Assembly (NCBI GenBank): GCA_016215455.1 | Contig: JACRJP010000003.1 | Span: forward strand, 132,657-190,626 | DNA length: 57,970 bases | Source of the DNA: Candidatus Tayloriibacteriota bacterium | Lineage (GTDB): Bacteria; Patescibacteriota; Minisyncoccia; Phycocordibacterales; PALSA-1337 | Reading direction: 5' to 3' | Part shown: positions 22,084-29,899 of the stretch, one piece after another | Layout: each line of letters starts with the position of its first letter | How positions within the stretch are numbered: the stretch's first letter is position 1 | Notes under the pieces: model-generated | What the model was told of the DNA's origin: nothing | Databases searched by the model: none | The model's input: the letters and a program-made list of their open reading frames with translations, nothing else | Position numbers and translations under genes: made by a program

Positions 22084-22650
22084 ATGCATCTACGCATCTT
22101 CGATATCTGGTTGCTTGAAAACGTATTTCAACGCTTCTCTAACTGTTTCCAAAGGTTTACAGGAAAAGACAACTTCTTCCTCGCCTTTTGGATTCTCGTA
22201 GTCCATGTCATTGGTGAACTCATCGTGAGTATCAGCCATGCTCCCAACTGGAGAATGGTAACCTTTTTACTATTCATGAATCTTGGTAAATTAGTTGGTA
22301 TGACCTGGGTGATTAACGGTGGTCGAAGAGACACCACCCCAGACTCGAGAGGTTTCATATACCTCAATGTCCTGGGAAGGAACGCGACTATGCGAGTAGT
22401 CAGAATTGGAATATCAGGTTTCGCGATAGCTGGCTTAGCTTTCCTTGCCGGTATGATCTCACGTGGAGAAGTCACTGAAATAATACTCCTCGATAAGCTT
22501 AATCGTGTATTGTTCCCTATTGTGATGTATTTTGCCTCATGCACTCCTCTTCCACCGGGAACAAGCACACTTAGTAAATGGATGTCGAGAGCCAAAGAAT
22601 GGGTTGCGGGTCTGTTGCAACCTGGCACTGCAGCACCTGCTCCGACGTGA
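22084..22650 (+). CDS. Membrane protein, tandem paralogue 1 of 3 (unknown family)
   Basis: I chose the start at ATG 22084 (MHLRIFDIWLLENVFQRFSNCFQRFTGKDNFFLAF) by alignment with paralogue 2. C-terminal CTPLPPGTSTLSKW...LQPGTAAPAPT. Confidence 0.7.
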   Translation: MHLRIFDIWLLENVFQRFSNCFQRFTGKDNFFLAFWILVVHVIGELIVSISHAPNWRMVTFLLFMNLGKLVGMTWVINGGRRDTTPDSRGFIYLNVLGRNATMRVVRIGISGFAIAGLAFLAGMISRGEVTEIILLDKLNRVLFPIVMYFASCTPLPPGTSTLSKWMSRAKEWVAGLLQPGTAAPAPT

Positions 22651-22684
22651 TCTTTGTGCTGGTCTTCATGACCATTTTTATTCA
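22616..22684 (+). repeat. 69-nt conserved element, copy 1 (spans stop codon of paralogue 1)
   Basis: 68/69 identical to 23289-23357, while the rest of the two genes is strongly diverged. Contains a GTGA start/stop overlap at 22647-22650 and the hairpin TGGTC-TTCAT-GACCA plus TTTTTATT. Confidence 0.85.
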
Positions 22685-22691
22685 ACAAATA

Positions 22692-22720
22692 TTGACAATA
22701 TATAATAGTATAGGTATTAT
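22692..22720 (+). promoter_or_regulatory. Promoter-like site before membrane paralogue 2
   Basis: TTGACA (22692-22697) - 17 nt - TATTAT (22715-22720). Confidence 0.4.
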
Positions 22721-22774
22721 TTTGTCAGAAAAAATAGGTTCCGACCTACAACAAACCTTGAGCCCTTCTAGATA

Positions 22775-23323
22775 ATGATCGCACGCTTCATTGATAATTG
22801 GCTTTTTGATAGTGTCTTCCAACCATTTTCACATTGGTTCCAAAGACTCACTGGGAAGACAAATTTTTCTCTGGCGTTTTACTCGCTGGTTCTCTCAAAA
22901 ATACTTGGCATAATCTACGCCATGGGTTCAGAGAGAAAATTTTTGCTTATCACCTTAGCAATGCTCATACTAGGGTGGTGGATACAAATAATACACCGAC
23001 AAGAACAGTCGTATCGTCGTATGAGTTCGACCCTTTCGATGAATCCTCTTCGAGTCGAACCCACGGTAGTGTTTATACGGTGTATCATGATCTATATCTA
23101 CCTACCATCGGTCCTATTACTCTTAATAAACATAGCCTCAATACGTGATCTAAGAATAATGTGCGGATCACTCGAGGATATCTTGTTTTTGGCGACCTGT
23201 TACCTTACCTGTTGCACTCCTCTTCCACCGGGAACGAGTAAGTTCAGCAAATGGTTGTCTGAAGTCAAAGAATCACTGACCAGCATACTGCAACCTGGCA
23301 CTGCAGCACCTGCGCCGACGTGA
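22775..23323 (+). CDS. Membrane protein, tandem paralogue 2 of 3
   Basis: MIARFIDNWLFDSVFQPFSHWFQRLTGKTNFSLAF..CTPLPPGTSKFSKW..LQPGTAAPAPT. 182 aa. Confidence 0.75.
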   Translation: MIARFIDNWLFDSVFQPFSHWFQRLTGKTNFSLAFYSLVLSKILGIIYAMGSERKFLLITLAMLILGWWIQIIHRQEQSYRRMSSTLSMNPLRVEPTVVFIRCIMIYIYLPSVLLLLINIASIRDLRIMCGSLEDILFLATCYLTCCTPLPPGTSKFSKWLSEVKESLTSILQPGTAAPAPT

Positions 23324-23357
23324 TCTTTGTGCTGGTCTTCATGACCATTTTTATTCA
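23289..23357 (+). repeat. 69-nt conserved element, copy 2 (spans stop codon of paralogue 2)
   Basis: See copy 1. The single difference (GCT/GCG) is synonymous in the main frame. GTGA overlap at 23320-23323. Confidence 0.85.
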
Positions 23358-23369
23358 CCCCTCTCCCCG

Positions 23370-23398
23370 TTGACATACAAAGTTTTCATCGATATAGT
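23370..23398 (+). promoter_or_regulatory. Promoter-like site before membrane paralogue 3
   Basis: TTGACA (23370-23375) - 17 nt - TATAGT (23393-23398). Confidence 0.4.
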
Positions 23399-23425
23399 CG
23401 TACAAGAAAAATACCCCTTTGCACA

Positions 23426-23869
23426 ATGAGAATCCTGAAGGTCGACGCTTACATCCTCACCTTTTGCTTTCAACGGGTCGCTGGTATGCTCCAGAAATGC
23501 CCTGGTGGAGGAAACTTCTTCTACGCATTCTATCTCTGTCTCACAGCGGGATTAGTGAGAATTACGAGCATACTGCTCTCTCCTGAGATATCACTCCTAG
23601 CTATTATTTCCATATGGCTCAACCTCATCATGGGACTTGGGATAATTAACGTGGCAGAATACCACTACAACAAAACTGGGTTTAACGCCTTCCAGATAAC
23701 ACTGGCCGCAACAATTCGGACTATCATGATGTTCGTCATCGTCGTGAAAATAGCAGCACTCCCACTTACCATCCAGATACTCACTGAGCATGCAGGTAGA
23801 ATTCTTCTGCTTGCTTCGTTCTTTTTAGCAGGCGCCACACCCCTTCCAAAACTAAAAGGTGAAGAATAG
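23426..23869 (+). CDS. Membrane protein, tandem paralogue 3 of 3 (more diverged)
   Basis: 147 aa with the same helix layout. FQRVAGMLQKCPGGGNFFYAF and C-terminal GATPLPKLKGEE echo the motifs of paralogues 1 and 2. Confidence 0.65.
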   Translation: MRILKVDAYILTFCFQRVAGMLQKCPGGGNFFYAFYLCLTAGLVRITSILLSPEISLLAIISIWLNLIMGLGIINVAEYHYNKTGFNAFQITLAATIRTIMMFVIVVKIAALPLTIQILTEHAGRILLLASFFLAGATPLPKLKGEE

Positions 23870-23900
23870 CGCTTCTACTACCTTCTGTTTCCTTTTTTAT

Positions 23901-25148
23901 TTATCGCATCACTCTGTCTATAAAACGTGTAAAGAGAACCATGAGACCTGTCCAGAGAAGTCCGAGAGTAATACCAGCTGTAACGTCACTTAACCAATGG
24001 ACATTAAGGAAGACTCGCGCAGCTCCTGTAAGGAGGATGAGGAAACAACATACTGTGACAAATAATTCACGAGCAATGAGGTGTTTGAATTTTTTGGTAA
24101 AGAAATAAATACAGAGGAAAAAGAACATTGCTCCAGCAATCGCATGACCACTTGGGAAACTATAATCAGTAAGTGTAATAAGAGCATTCTCAGGACGAAC
24201 ACGACCAACAAGTAACTTAAGAAGTGTGTTAATCAAAAACCCTCCACCAAATGATGCAAGAACAAGAAACGCCCTTGACCACTTCTTAGTTATCAAAAGA
24301 TAGAAAGCAAACACAATAGCACATAACGAGAAAAGAAATGGGCTTAATATCACACTAACGGTTCGTAAGATACTAGAGAACTCAATAGCTTTTGTTGCTG
24401 CAAAACTATTCACCCACACATCAAGATTAGCCATGAATGAATGAGAATTCAAAACATCCTGAAGTGTCAAAAAGAATCCAAATACAGCAAGAAGTACTAC
24501 AATGAGTGTTCCCAATTCGTATCGACGGAAAATATGTGCTCGAGTATTAATGAAACGATAACCCCATACCAAAAGAAGAACAATAATGAGTCCAACGAGT
24601 ACAAAACTTCCGAAGAATTTCGCCACAACAAGATACCCTGCTCCTGAAATATATCCAAGAGCAACTGTTCCCACAATCCAAGTACAACATCCAATGAGAT
24701 CATAGAACCAAAAAAGCTTCATACGCACTCCACTACTTCCAACAACAAATGGCATAAGTGATCGTGTTACTGGATTAAAGCGTCCAATGAGAATCGACTT
24801 CCCTGTATGCTTTGCAACAAGACCCTTCGCCTTATCAATATGCTCTTTTTTAATGAGAAAGTACTTACCCAAAGCAACAAGTGTATCGTACCCGTATTTC
24901 TTACCAAGAATATACCCAAAAATATCTCCGACAACCGCACCCATGATAGCAAGAATGGTAACGTACCAAACATTAAGTACCCCAAGGTGAGCAAAGAACC
25001 CCCCGACTCCAATTAGAGTATTCCCTGGAATGAGTGAACCTAAGAGAGGTATTCCTTCGACGAGCGAAACACAGAAGATGAGCCAATACCCACCTTGTTC
25101 AATAGTAGCCCGCAACATATGAAAAAGCTCAATAGAGATCTGATGCAT
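23901..25148 (-). CDS. Fusion membrane protein: DedA (SNARE-associated) domain + PAP2 lipid phosphatase domain
   Basis: The DedA half has VEGIPLLGSLIPGNTLIGVGGFFA..GDIFGYILGKKYG. The PAP2 half has KLLVGRVRP..SFPSGHA..ARVFLNVHWLSDV. Confidence 0.8.
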   Translation of the reverse strand: MHQISIELFHMLRATIEQGGYWLIFCVSLVEGIPLLGSLIPGNTLIGVGGFFAHLGVLNVWYVTILAIMGAVVGDIFGYILGKKYGYDTLVALGKYFLIKKEHIDKAKGLVAKHTGKSILIGRFNPVTRSLMPFVVGSSGVRMKLFWFYDLIGCCTWIVGTVALGYISGAGYLVVAKFFGSFVLVGLIIVLLLVWGYRFINTRAHIFRRYELGTLIVVLLAVFGFFLTLQDVLNSHSFMANLDVWVNSFAATKAIEFSSILRTVSVILSPFLFSLCAIVFAFYLLITKKWSRAFLVLASFGGGFLINTLLKLLVGRVRPENALITLTDYSFPSGHAIAGAMFFFLCIYFFTKKFKHLIARELFVTVCCFLILLTGAARVFLNVHWLSDVTAGITLGLLWTGLMVLFTRFIDRVMR

Positions 25149-25272
25149 GGGAGCGTATATAGAGGGATTATACCATATACAAAACAGCTCAAAAGTGAGA
25201 GATAAAATATTTATGAAGAAATTATAAGCAAATGATTACCTATTTTAAATAAGACTCTTATATAATATTGTA

Positions 25273-25944
25273 ATGAGATTACTAATTATAGATGACGACA
25301 AAGATTTGTGTGATTTTCTTAAGATGATCTTTATTGAAGAAAATTATTCAGTAGACATATTTAATGACGGAGAAAGTGGTTCGTATGCTGCTCGTACCAA
25401 CGATTACGATATTGTAATCCTTGATTATTCCTTACCGAAAAAGAATGGACTACAAGTTTGTGGAGAAATCCGGCATTCAAAAAAGCATGTTCCAATATTA
25501 CTATTATCAATAATAAATACAATTGATAATAAAGTTAACCTATTTAACGAAGGAATTGATGACTACATAGATAAGCCCTTTTCCGTTGATGAGCTACGCG
25601 TACGCATACAAGCATTACTCCGAAGACCTAGACAAATATCTAATAAAATTCTTGAGGTAGAGGATCTTTTTTTGGATAGCAATAAACACATTGTTAGACG
25701 CGGAAATAAAGGTATATATCTTACAAAAAAAGAATTCGGGTTATTGGAATATCTTATGCTCAATAAAGGAAATGTTTGCTCTAGAGGAATGATTATGGAA
25801 CATGTATGGAATATTAATGCTGACCCTTTTTCAAATACAATAGAAGCGCATATTTTAAATCTCAGAAAAAAGATAGGGTCTCGTGGTAAAAAAGAATTGA
25901 TTCACAATATACCAGGCAGAGGCTATAAAATAATCAGCAACTGA
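25273..25944 (+). CDS. OmpR-family response regulator
   Basis: MRLLIIDDD..ILDYSLPKKNG..DDYIDKPF receiver domain plus a winged-helix C terminus (..IPGRGYKI). Very AT-rich. Confidence 0.9.
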   Translation: MRLLIIDDDKDLCDFLKMIFIEENYSVDIFNDGESGSYAARTNDYDIVILDYSLPKKNGLQVCGEIRHSKKHVPILLLSIINTIDNKVNLFNEGIDDYIDKPFSVDELRVRIQALLRRPRQISNKILEVEDLFLDSNKHIVRRGNKGIYLTKKEFGLLEYLMLNKGNVCSRGMIMEHVWNINADPFSNTIEAHILNLRKKIGSRGKKELIHNIPGRGYKIISN

Positions 25945-25946
25945 TC

Positions 25947-27377
25947 ATGAATAATTTTATAGAAAAGATACAAGATTCAAAAAAGATTAGTAATGATGAA
26001 ATAACCAGAAAAAGAAAAATTCTCTCACTAATTCTTTTAGGTTCAATTTTCATAATAGGATACTTAAATTACACGGTGATCAGAGATAGTTTCATATATA
26101 AAAGTGACTATGATGGAGTGCCACTCTTTATAACAAACTTAGTTTTTTTATTTATTATTTTTCTTTACATTATTTGTAAGAAAAATTATGTAACATTATC
26201 TTCATACTTAATACTCAGTATTTATTTAGGAGCAGCAATAGGATCCTCTTTATTTTGGGGTGTTAGCCTTCCTGCATGTCTACTTACCTATTCTTTTATC
26301 ATTATAACTTCAGGAATATTAATAAATAGAAAGTTTTCTTTACTAATAACTATAACGATTATATTAATACTTATAATTATTGGGGGTATGGAGATTATCT
26401 CCGGAAATATAGCTTTATGGAAGACATACCCAATTCGCGTCGAAGACGTATTCGAATACATAGCTATACTGTTACTAATAATGATTATTACTTGGATCTC
26501 TAGTAGAGAAATCGAACAATCTCTATTAAAAGCACAGGAGTCTGAAAGGCTACTAATTAAAGAAAAGGACTTCCTTGAAATAAAAATTGAAAAACGAACT
26601 CAAGAGATTCGTGACGCACAAATAAACCACCTTCGTGATCTTCATGAACATTCTGAATTAGGAAAAATTGCACAAGGAATCTTCCATGATATTATCGGAC
26701 CAATATCAACCATCAGTTTATATTTAAAAGAAATTACAAATTTTACACCCAACTCATACAATATTAGAAAAACTGAAGCCCATGTAAAGCGACTTCTAGA
26801 AATAACCGCGAAGATGAAAAGTTTTCTTAATTCTGTTGAAAGAAATATTAGAAGTACACCTAGCATAGAAAGCTTTGATCCTAAAGATGAAATTCACTAC
26901 GCATTAGACATGACAGAATTTAGAGCTTATAAACTTGAGGTTAAAATAGATTTTAATACAAACTTAAGTCTCAAGCTAATTGGTCCTTCGGTAAGATTCT
27001 ACCAAGTGGTATTTAATCTACTTTCAAACACATTAGATATTTTTCAAAAAACATCACAAAAGAAAGGTATGATTATCATAAAAACATATATGGAAAAAGA
27101 TTTTTATTGTATTAATTTCCAAGACAATGGACCAGGGATTCCGCCTATTTTCAAAGAAGCTCTTTTTGAAAAACCTTTTAGTACCAAACAGAATTCTGGA
27201 TTAGGTTTATTTATTATAAAAAAAATTATTACTGAAGAATTCAATGGCTTCATTGAAACAAAATCAGATATGAATGGAACAACCTTTTTTATTAAAATAC
27301 CAATAAACCAATCTATCCAAACCGCTCAGTCCGTATATCCCCCAAAGAATAACCGACCGAAACGAGTGAGGAAGTAA
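25947..27377 (+). CDS. Sensor histidine kinase with polytopic membrane sensor region
   Basis: About 6 TM helices, H-box region GIFHDIIGPIS, and N/G boxes (LLSNTLD, DNGPGI, GLGLFIIKKII). The last ~22 codons run into the 3' end of the convergent gene. Confidence 0.85.
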   Translation: MNNFIEKIQDSKKISNDEITRKRKILSLILLGSIFIIGYLNYTVIRDSFIYKSDYDGVPLFITNLVFLFIIFLYIICKKNYVTLSSYLILSIYLGAAIGSSLFWGVSLPACLLTYSFIIITSGILINRKFSLLITITIILILIIIGGMEIISGNIALWKTYPIRVEDVFEYIAILLLIMIITWISSREIEQSLLKAQESERLLIKEKDFLEIKIEKRTQEIRDAQINHLRDLHEHSELGKIAQGIFHDIIGPISTISLYLKEITNFTPNSYNIRKTEAHVKRLLEITAKMKSFLNSVERNIRSTPSIESFDPKDEIHYALDMTEFRAYKLEVKIDFNTNLSLKLIGPSVRFYQVVFNLLSNTLDIFQKTSQKKGMIIIKTYMEKDFYCINFQDNGPGIPPIFKEALFEKPFSTKQNSGLGLFIIKKIITEEFNGFIETKSDMNGTTFFIKIPINQSIQTAQSVYPPKNNRPKRVRK

Positions 27378-28104
27378 TGGTGTCAATAAATCTGTTACGT
27401 CCACAGATATATATTCGTGCGTTAGCAGGTGATGTATCACCAAGCACTTCTCTCAACACCTCCTCATCGATTCTTTTTGTATACCTCTTCCATTCTTCCA
27501 ACACATCCCCTGTCACCGTAATAGTAAGATTCACCTCAGGAAATTTACTTGCAATTCTTTCTAATTCTTCATGATACGGAATAGTAGCGATACTCTTAGC
27601 ACTCACCACAACATACACCCTCTGACATAATCCTGGTGTTTGAGGTTCAATTTTCTTCATCTCTACATACTGCCGTAGCATACTCATGAGAGGTACCATG
27701 CCACTTCCTCCGCCAATAAGAATGAGGTGCTTACAGGCAAATTTTGGTTCGAGAGGATTCCACACAAAATTTCCACTTGGACCTCGCATATCAATCACAT
27801 CTCCAACGGTAAGATTCCAAAGAAACGGAGAAACTTCACCATCTTCAATAAGTTGTATACCGAATTCTATAATTCCCTTTTCATTGGGCACATTAGCAAT
27901 AGAGTAACTTCTTTCTGACACCACACCGCCTGGCAGCACAATACGCAGGTCATAGTACTGACCTGGTATGTGACGAACATATGAAGCTCCTACAATCTCA
28001 AACCGAAGTAGTACTATATCTGCCGCAACAAGTTCGCGTGCAATAAGTGTGGCATTACACCATTTTGGAATACTATTTTGTGAATGACTGAGCATCATCT
28101 GCAT
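27313..28104 (-). CDS. Ferredoxin-NADP reductase-family FAD/NAD(P)-binding oxidoreductase
   Basis: RSYSIAN (FAD), LIGGGSGMVPLMSML (NAD(P)), YICG, and an ..ERFG end. I preferred the ATG at 28104 over the TTG at 28143. Confidence 0.75.
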   Translation of the reverse strand: MQMMLSHSQNSIPKWCNATLIARELVAADIVLLRFEIVGASYVRHIPGQYYDLRIVLPGGVVSERSYSIANVPNEKGIIEFGIQLIEDGEVSPFLWNLTVGDVIDMRGPSGNFVWNPLEPKFACKHLILIGGGSGMVPLMSMLRQYVEMKKIEPQTPGLCQRVYVVVSAKSIATIPYHEELERIASKFPEVNLTITVTGDVLEEWKRYTKRIDEEVLREVLGDTSPANARIYICGRNRFIDTITSSLVSVGYSLGDIRTERFG

Positions 28105-28510
28105 CAAGATAATCAAAGAGTGTTGCTGATTCTGGTAATCCAACTCTCTTCAATTCTCCAAGAAGCCATGCTCGCTTATCTACATTATCAGCAAATGCTT
28201 CCTTTGATGCTACCTCTACCCATGCAGCAATTTCTGCATCAGTCTTTGGAGTTCCATGAGTCTTTACCCATTCAACAATCGCTACATCATCTGCTCCTGT
28301 TTCAACAAAAGCTTTGAAATCAGCTCCCTTGATCCCCTTAAAACTAAACAATGTATTATCAAGAGGACAATCAAAGTGATACTCTCCAGGTGTTCCTGCA
28401 ATCGTTGCACGACACTTATCAATTGTTCGAGCAATAATGACAAATCCATCAAGTTGCAACTTCGGACTTCGCGGCGCTTCCTTGCTAAGGTCTTTTGTAT
28501 TGTTAATCAT
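28073..28510 (-). CDS. DUF5069 family protein
   Basis: PRSPKLQLDGFVIIARTIDKCRA..GEYHFDCPLDNTLFSFKGI matches my memory of DUF5069. Its end overlaps the downstream oxidoreductase start. Confidence 0.65.
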   Translation of the reverse strand: MINNTKDLSKEAPRSPKLQLDGFVIIARTIDKCRATIAGTPGEYHFDCPLDNTLFSFKGIKGADFKAFVETGADDVAIVEWVKTHGTPKTDAEIAAWVEVASKEAFADNVDKRAWLLGELKRVGLPESATLFDYLDADDAQSFTK

Positions 28511-28631
28511 GGTATAAGATGTTAGTTAATAGTATGGATGTTTATTATACCGGACTCACCAGTAAATAGACAGTAAAAATATGTCTCTCATTTTACTAAA
28601 AGAGCCTCCTAATATGGGATCATTCTCTTAC

Positions 28632-28660
28632 TTGACTTTTAGTTATTAATATGGTAATAT
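28632..28660 (+). promoter_or_regulatory. Sigma70-type promoter of orphan D
   Basis: TTGACT (28632-28637) - 17 nt - TAATAT (28655-28660). Confidence 0.5.
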
Positions 28661-28663
28661 ACT

Positions 28664-28678
28664 CAAAAGTAACACCGT
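28664..28678 (+). repeat. Direct repeat, left copy, flanking orphan D
   Basis: CAAAAGTAACACCGT versus CAAAAGCAACACCGT at 29134-29148 (14/15). Coincides with the left edge of the G+C-rich block. Confidence 0.6.
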
Positions 28679-28707
28679 AAGCCTCGCTGCATAAAGCAGC
28701 TCACAGA

Positions 28708-29124
28708 ATGGATTGCCCTATGAAGAAAAACCTGCTCAGAAACCACTGGCCTATCGCCGTCTTCGTCTTCGCAGTGCTCTGCGCCCTTGTGGTCGCACTG
28801 CCTTTCAAAAAGATGTGGACCACCTTAAACGCTGAACCGACCGGTGCTTGGAGAAACGACCGGCGGGAGTATGTTCAATATCAGAGCGCGAAGACCGCCA
28901 CGATCAAGGAATTCCTCCAAGTCCCCGACGCACCGACAAATACCACCGTGAAGGTGGCAATCATCTCGGTAGAACGAGGCAATGGCCTCAAACCAGTCGA
29001 GCGCCTGGCATTCTTCACCAAAGACGCCGACCATAAAGTCGGAGACGTGGTTGAACTTCAATTCTTCCACCACGGAGGGGTGACTGGCGGACACGACGTT
29101 CCGTTCATCATGAAAAAGGAGTAA
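28708..29124 (+). CDS. Membrane-anchored hypothetical protein, G+C-rich orphan D
   Basis: 138 aa (or 134 from the ATG at 28720, MKKNLL..) with one TM helix (WPIAVFVFAVLCALVVALPF). One 60-nt line (28741-28800) counts 37 G+C, versus 26 in the neighbouring PPIase gene (29221-29280). Confidence 0.6.
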   Translation: MDCPMKKNLLRNHWPIAVFVFAVLCALVVALPFKKMWTTLNAEPTGAWRNDRREYVQYQSAKTATIKEFLQVPDAPTNTTVKVAIISVERGNGLKPVERLAFFTKDADHKVGDVVELQFFHHGGVTGGHDVPFIMKKE

Positions 29125-29133
29125 TTTCCCTCC

Positions 29134-29148
29134 CAAAAGCAACACCGT
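29134..29148 (+). repeat. Direct repeat, right copy, flanking orphan D
   Basis: See the left copy. This copy runs into the 5' arm of the terminator hairpin. Confidence 0.6.
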
Positions 29149-29189
29149 GCAAGAAAAGCTAACGCTAATCTTGCACGGTGCTTTTATTT
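29143..29189. terminator. Rho-independent terminator between orphan D and the convergent PPIase gene
   Basis: CACCGTGCAAGA - 14-nt loop - TCTTGCACGGTG (perfect 12-bp stem) followed by CTTTTATTT. Confidence 0.75.
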
Positions 29190-29206
29190 AAAATTTTCTA
29201 AAGAGA

Positions 29207-29887
29207 CTACTTCGCACTCACTGTCACCTTCTTCATGACAACATCTTCGAGAGGTCGATCTTCCGCATTTACCTTTGAAGCAGCAATAGCGTCAACAACT
29301 TCCATTCCCTTAGTTACTTGTCCGAAAATAGTGTAGTTATGAGGAAGTGGATAATCCTTGTGCATGATAAAGAACTGGCTACCGTTAGTATTTGGACCTG
29401 CATTTGCCATAGCTACTGCTCCACGAACATACCCCTTCTGATATGAAGGTGTCGTTGCATCCAGTTCATCAGCAAATGTATAACCTGGACCTCCTCGGCC
29501 TGTTCCTGTTGGATCACCTCCTTGAATCATAAATCCACTGATAACACGGTGGAATATTACTCCATCATAGAAACCCTTAGCTGCAAGTGTTACCATATTC
29601 TCTGCTGCCTTTGGTGCATCTTTTGGATAAAGTTCAATAACGATAGTTCCCTTATTTGTTTCGATAGTGACAATATTGTTCATTTTATTTGTTGTTGTTG
29701 ATTGTGATCCTGATGGCACTCCTGGGGTTGGCTCTCCTACAGCAATACCCTGCTGCACAGGTGTTGATGTTGCTTCTGGCGTCATCATGAGAAACGTATC
29801 ATTTCCTGATTTTTTTTCTCCACTATACATAACCGCCCCAACAATTCCGATAATAATTACAATAATAACGATTGATGCTGATTTCAT
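29207..29887 (-). CDS. Cyclophilin-type peptidyl-prolyl cis-trans isomerase, N-terminally anchored/secreted
   Basis: FHRVISGFMIQGGDP..GGPGYTFADE..AMANAGPNTNGSQFFI, with an N-terminal TM helix and linker. Confidence 0.9.
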   Translation of the reverse strand: MKSASIVIIVIIIGIVGAVMYSGEKKSGNDTFLMMTPEATSTPVQQGIAVGEPTPGVPSGSQSTTTNKMNNIVTIETNKGTIVIELYPKDAPKAAENMVTLAAKGFYDGVIFHRVISGFMIQGGDPTGTGRGGPGYTFADELDATTPSYQKGYVRGAVAMANAGPNTNGSQFFIMHKDYPLPHNYTIFGQVTKGMEVVDAIAASKVNAEDRPLEDVVMKKVTVSAK

Positions 29888-29899
29888 AGTATGTATATT

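Noticed and set aside
22600-22650. Programmed -1 frameshift joining the membrane paralogues to the hydrophobic -1 frame.
   Set aside because: There is no X XXY YYZ slippery heptamer in either copy. In copy 2 the -1 frame is closed by a TGA ~60 nt upstream of the stop. The GTGA restart model needs fewer assumptions.
22128-22688. 186-aa minus-strand ORF covering membrane paralogue 1 and starting inside the conserved 69-nt element.
   Set aside because: The plus-strand frame aligns with two paralogues and has clean TM helices. The antisense product has neither paralogue support nor motifs. A shorter antisense peptide (MVMKTSTKITS..) differs after ~20 residues between the two copies.
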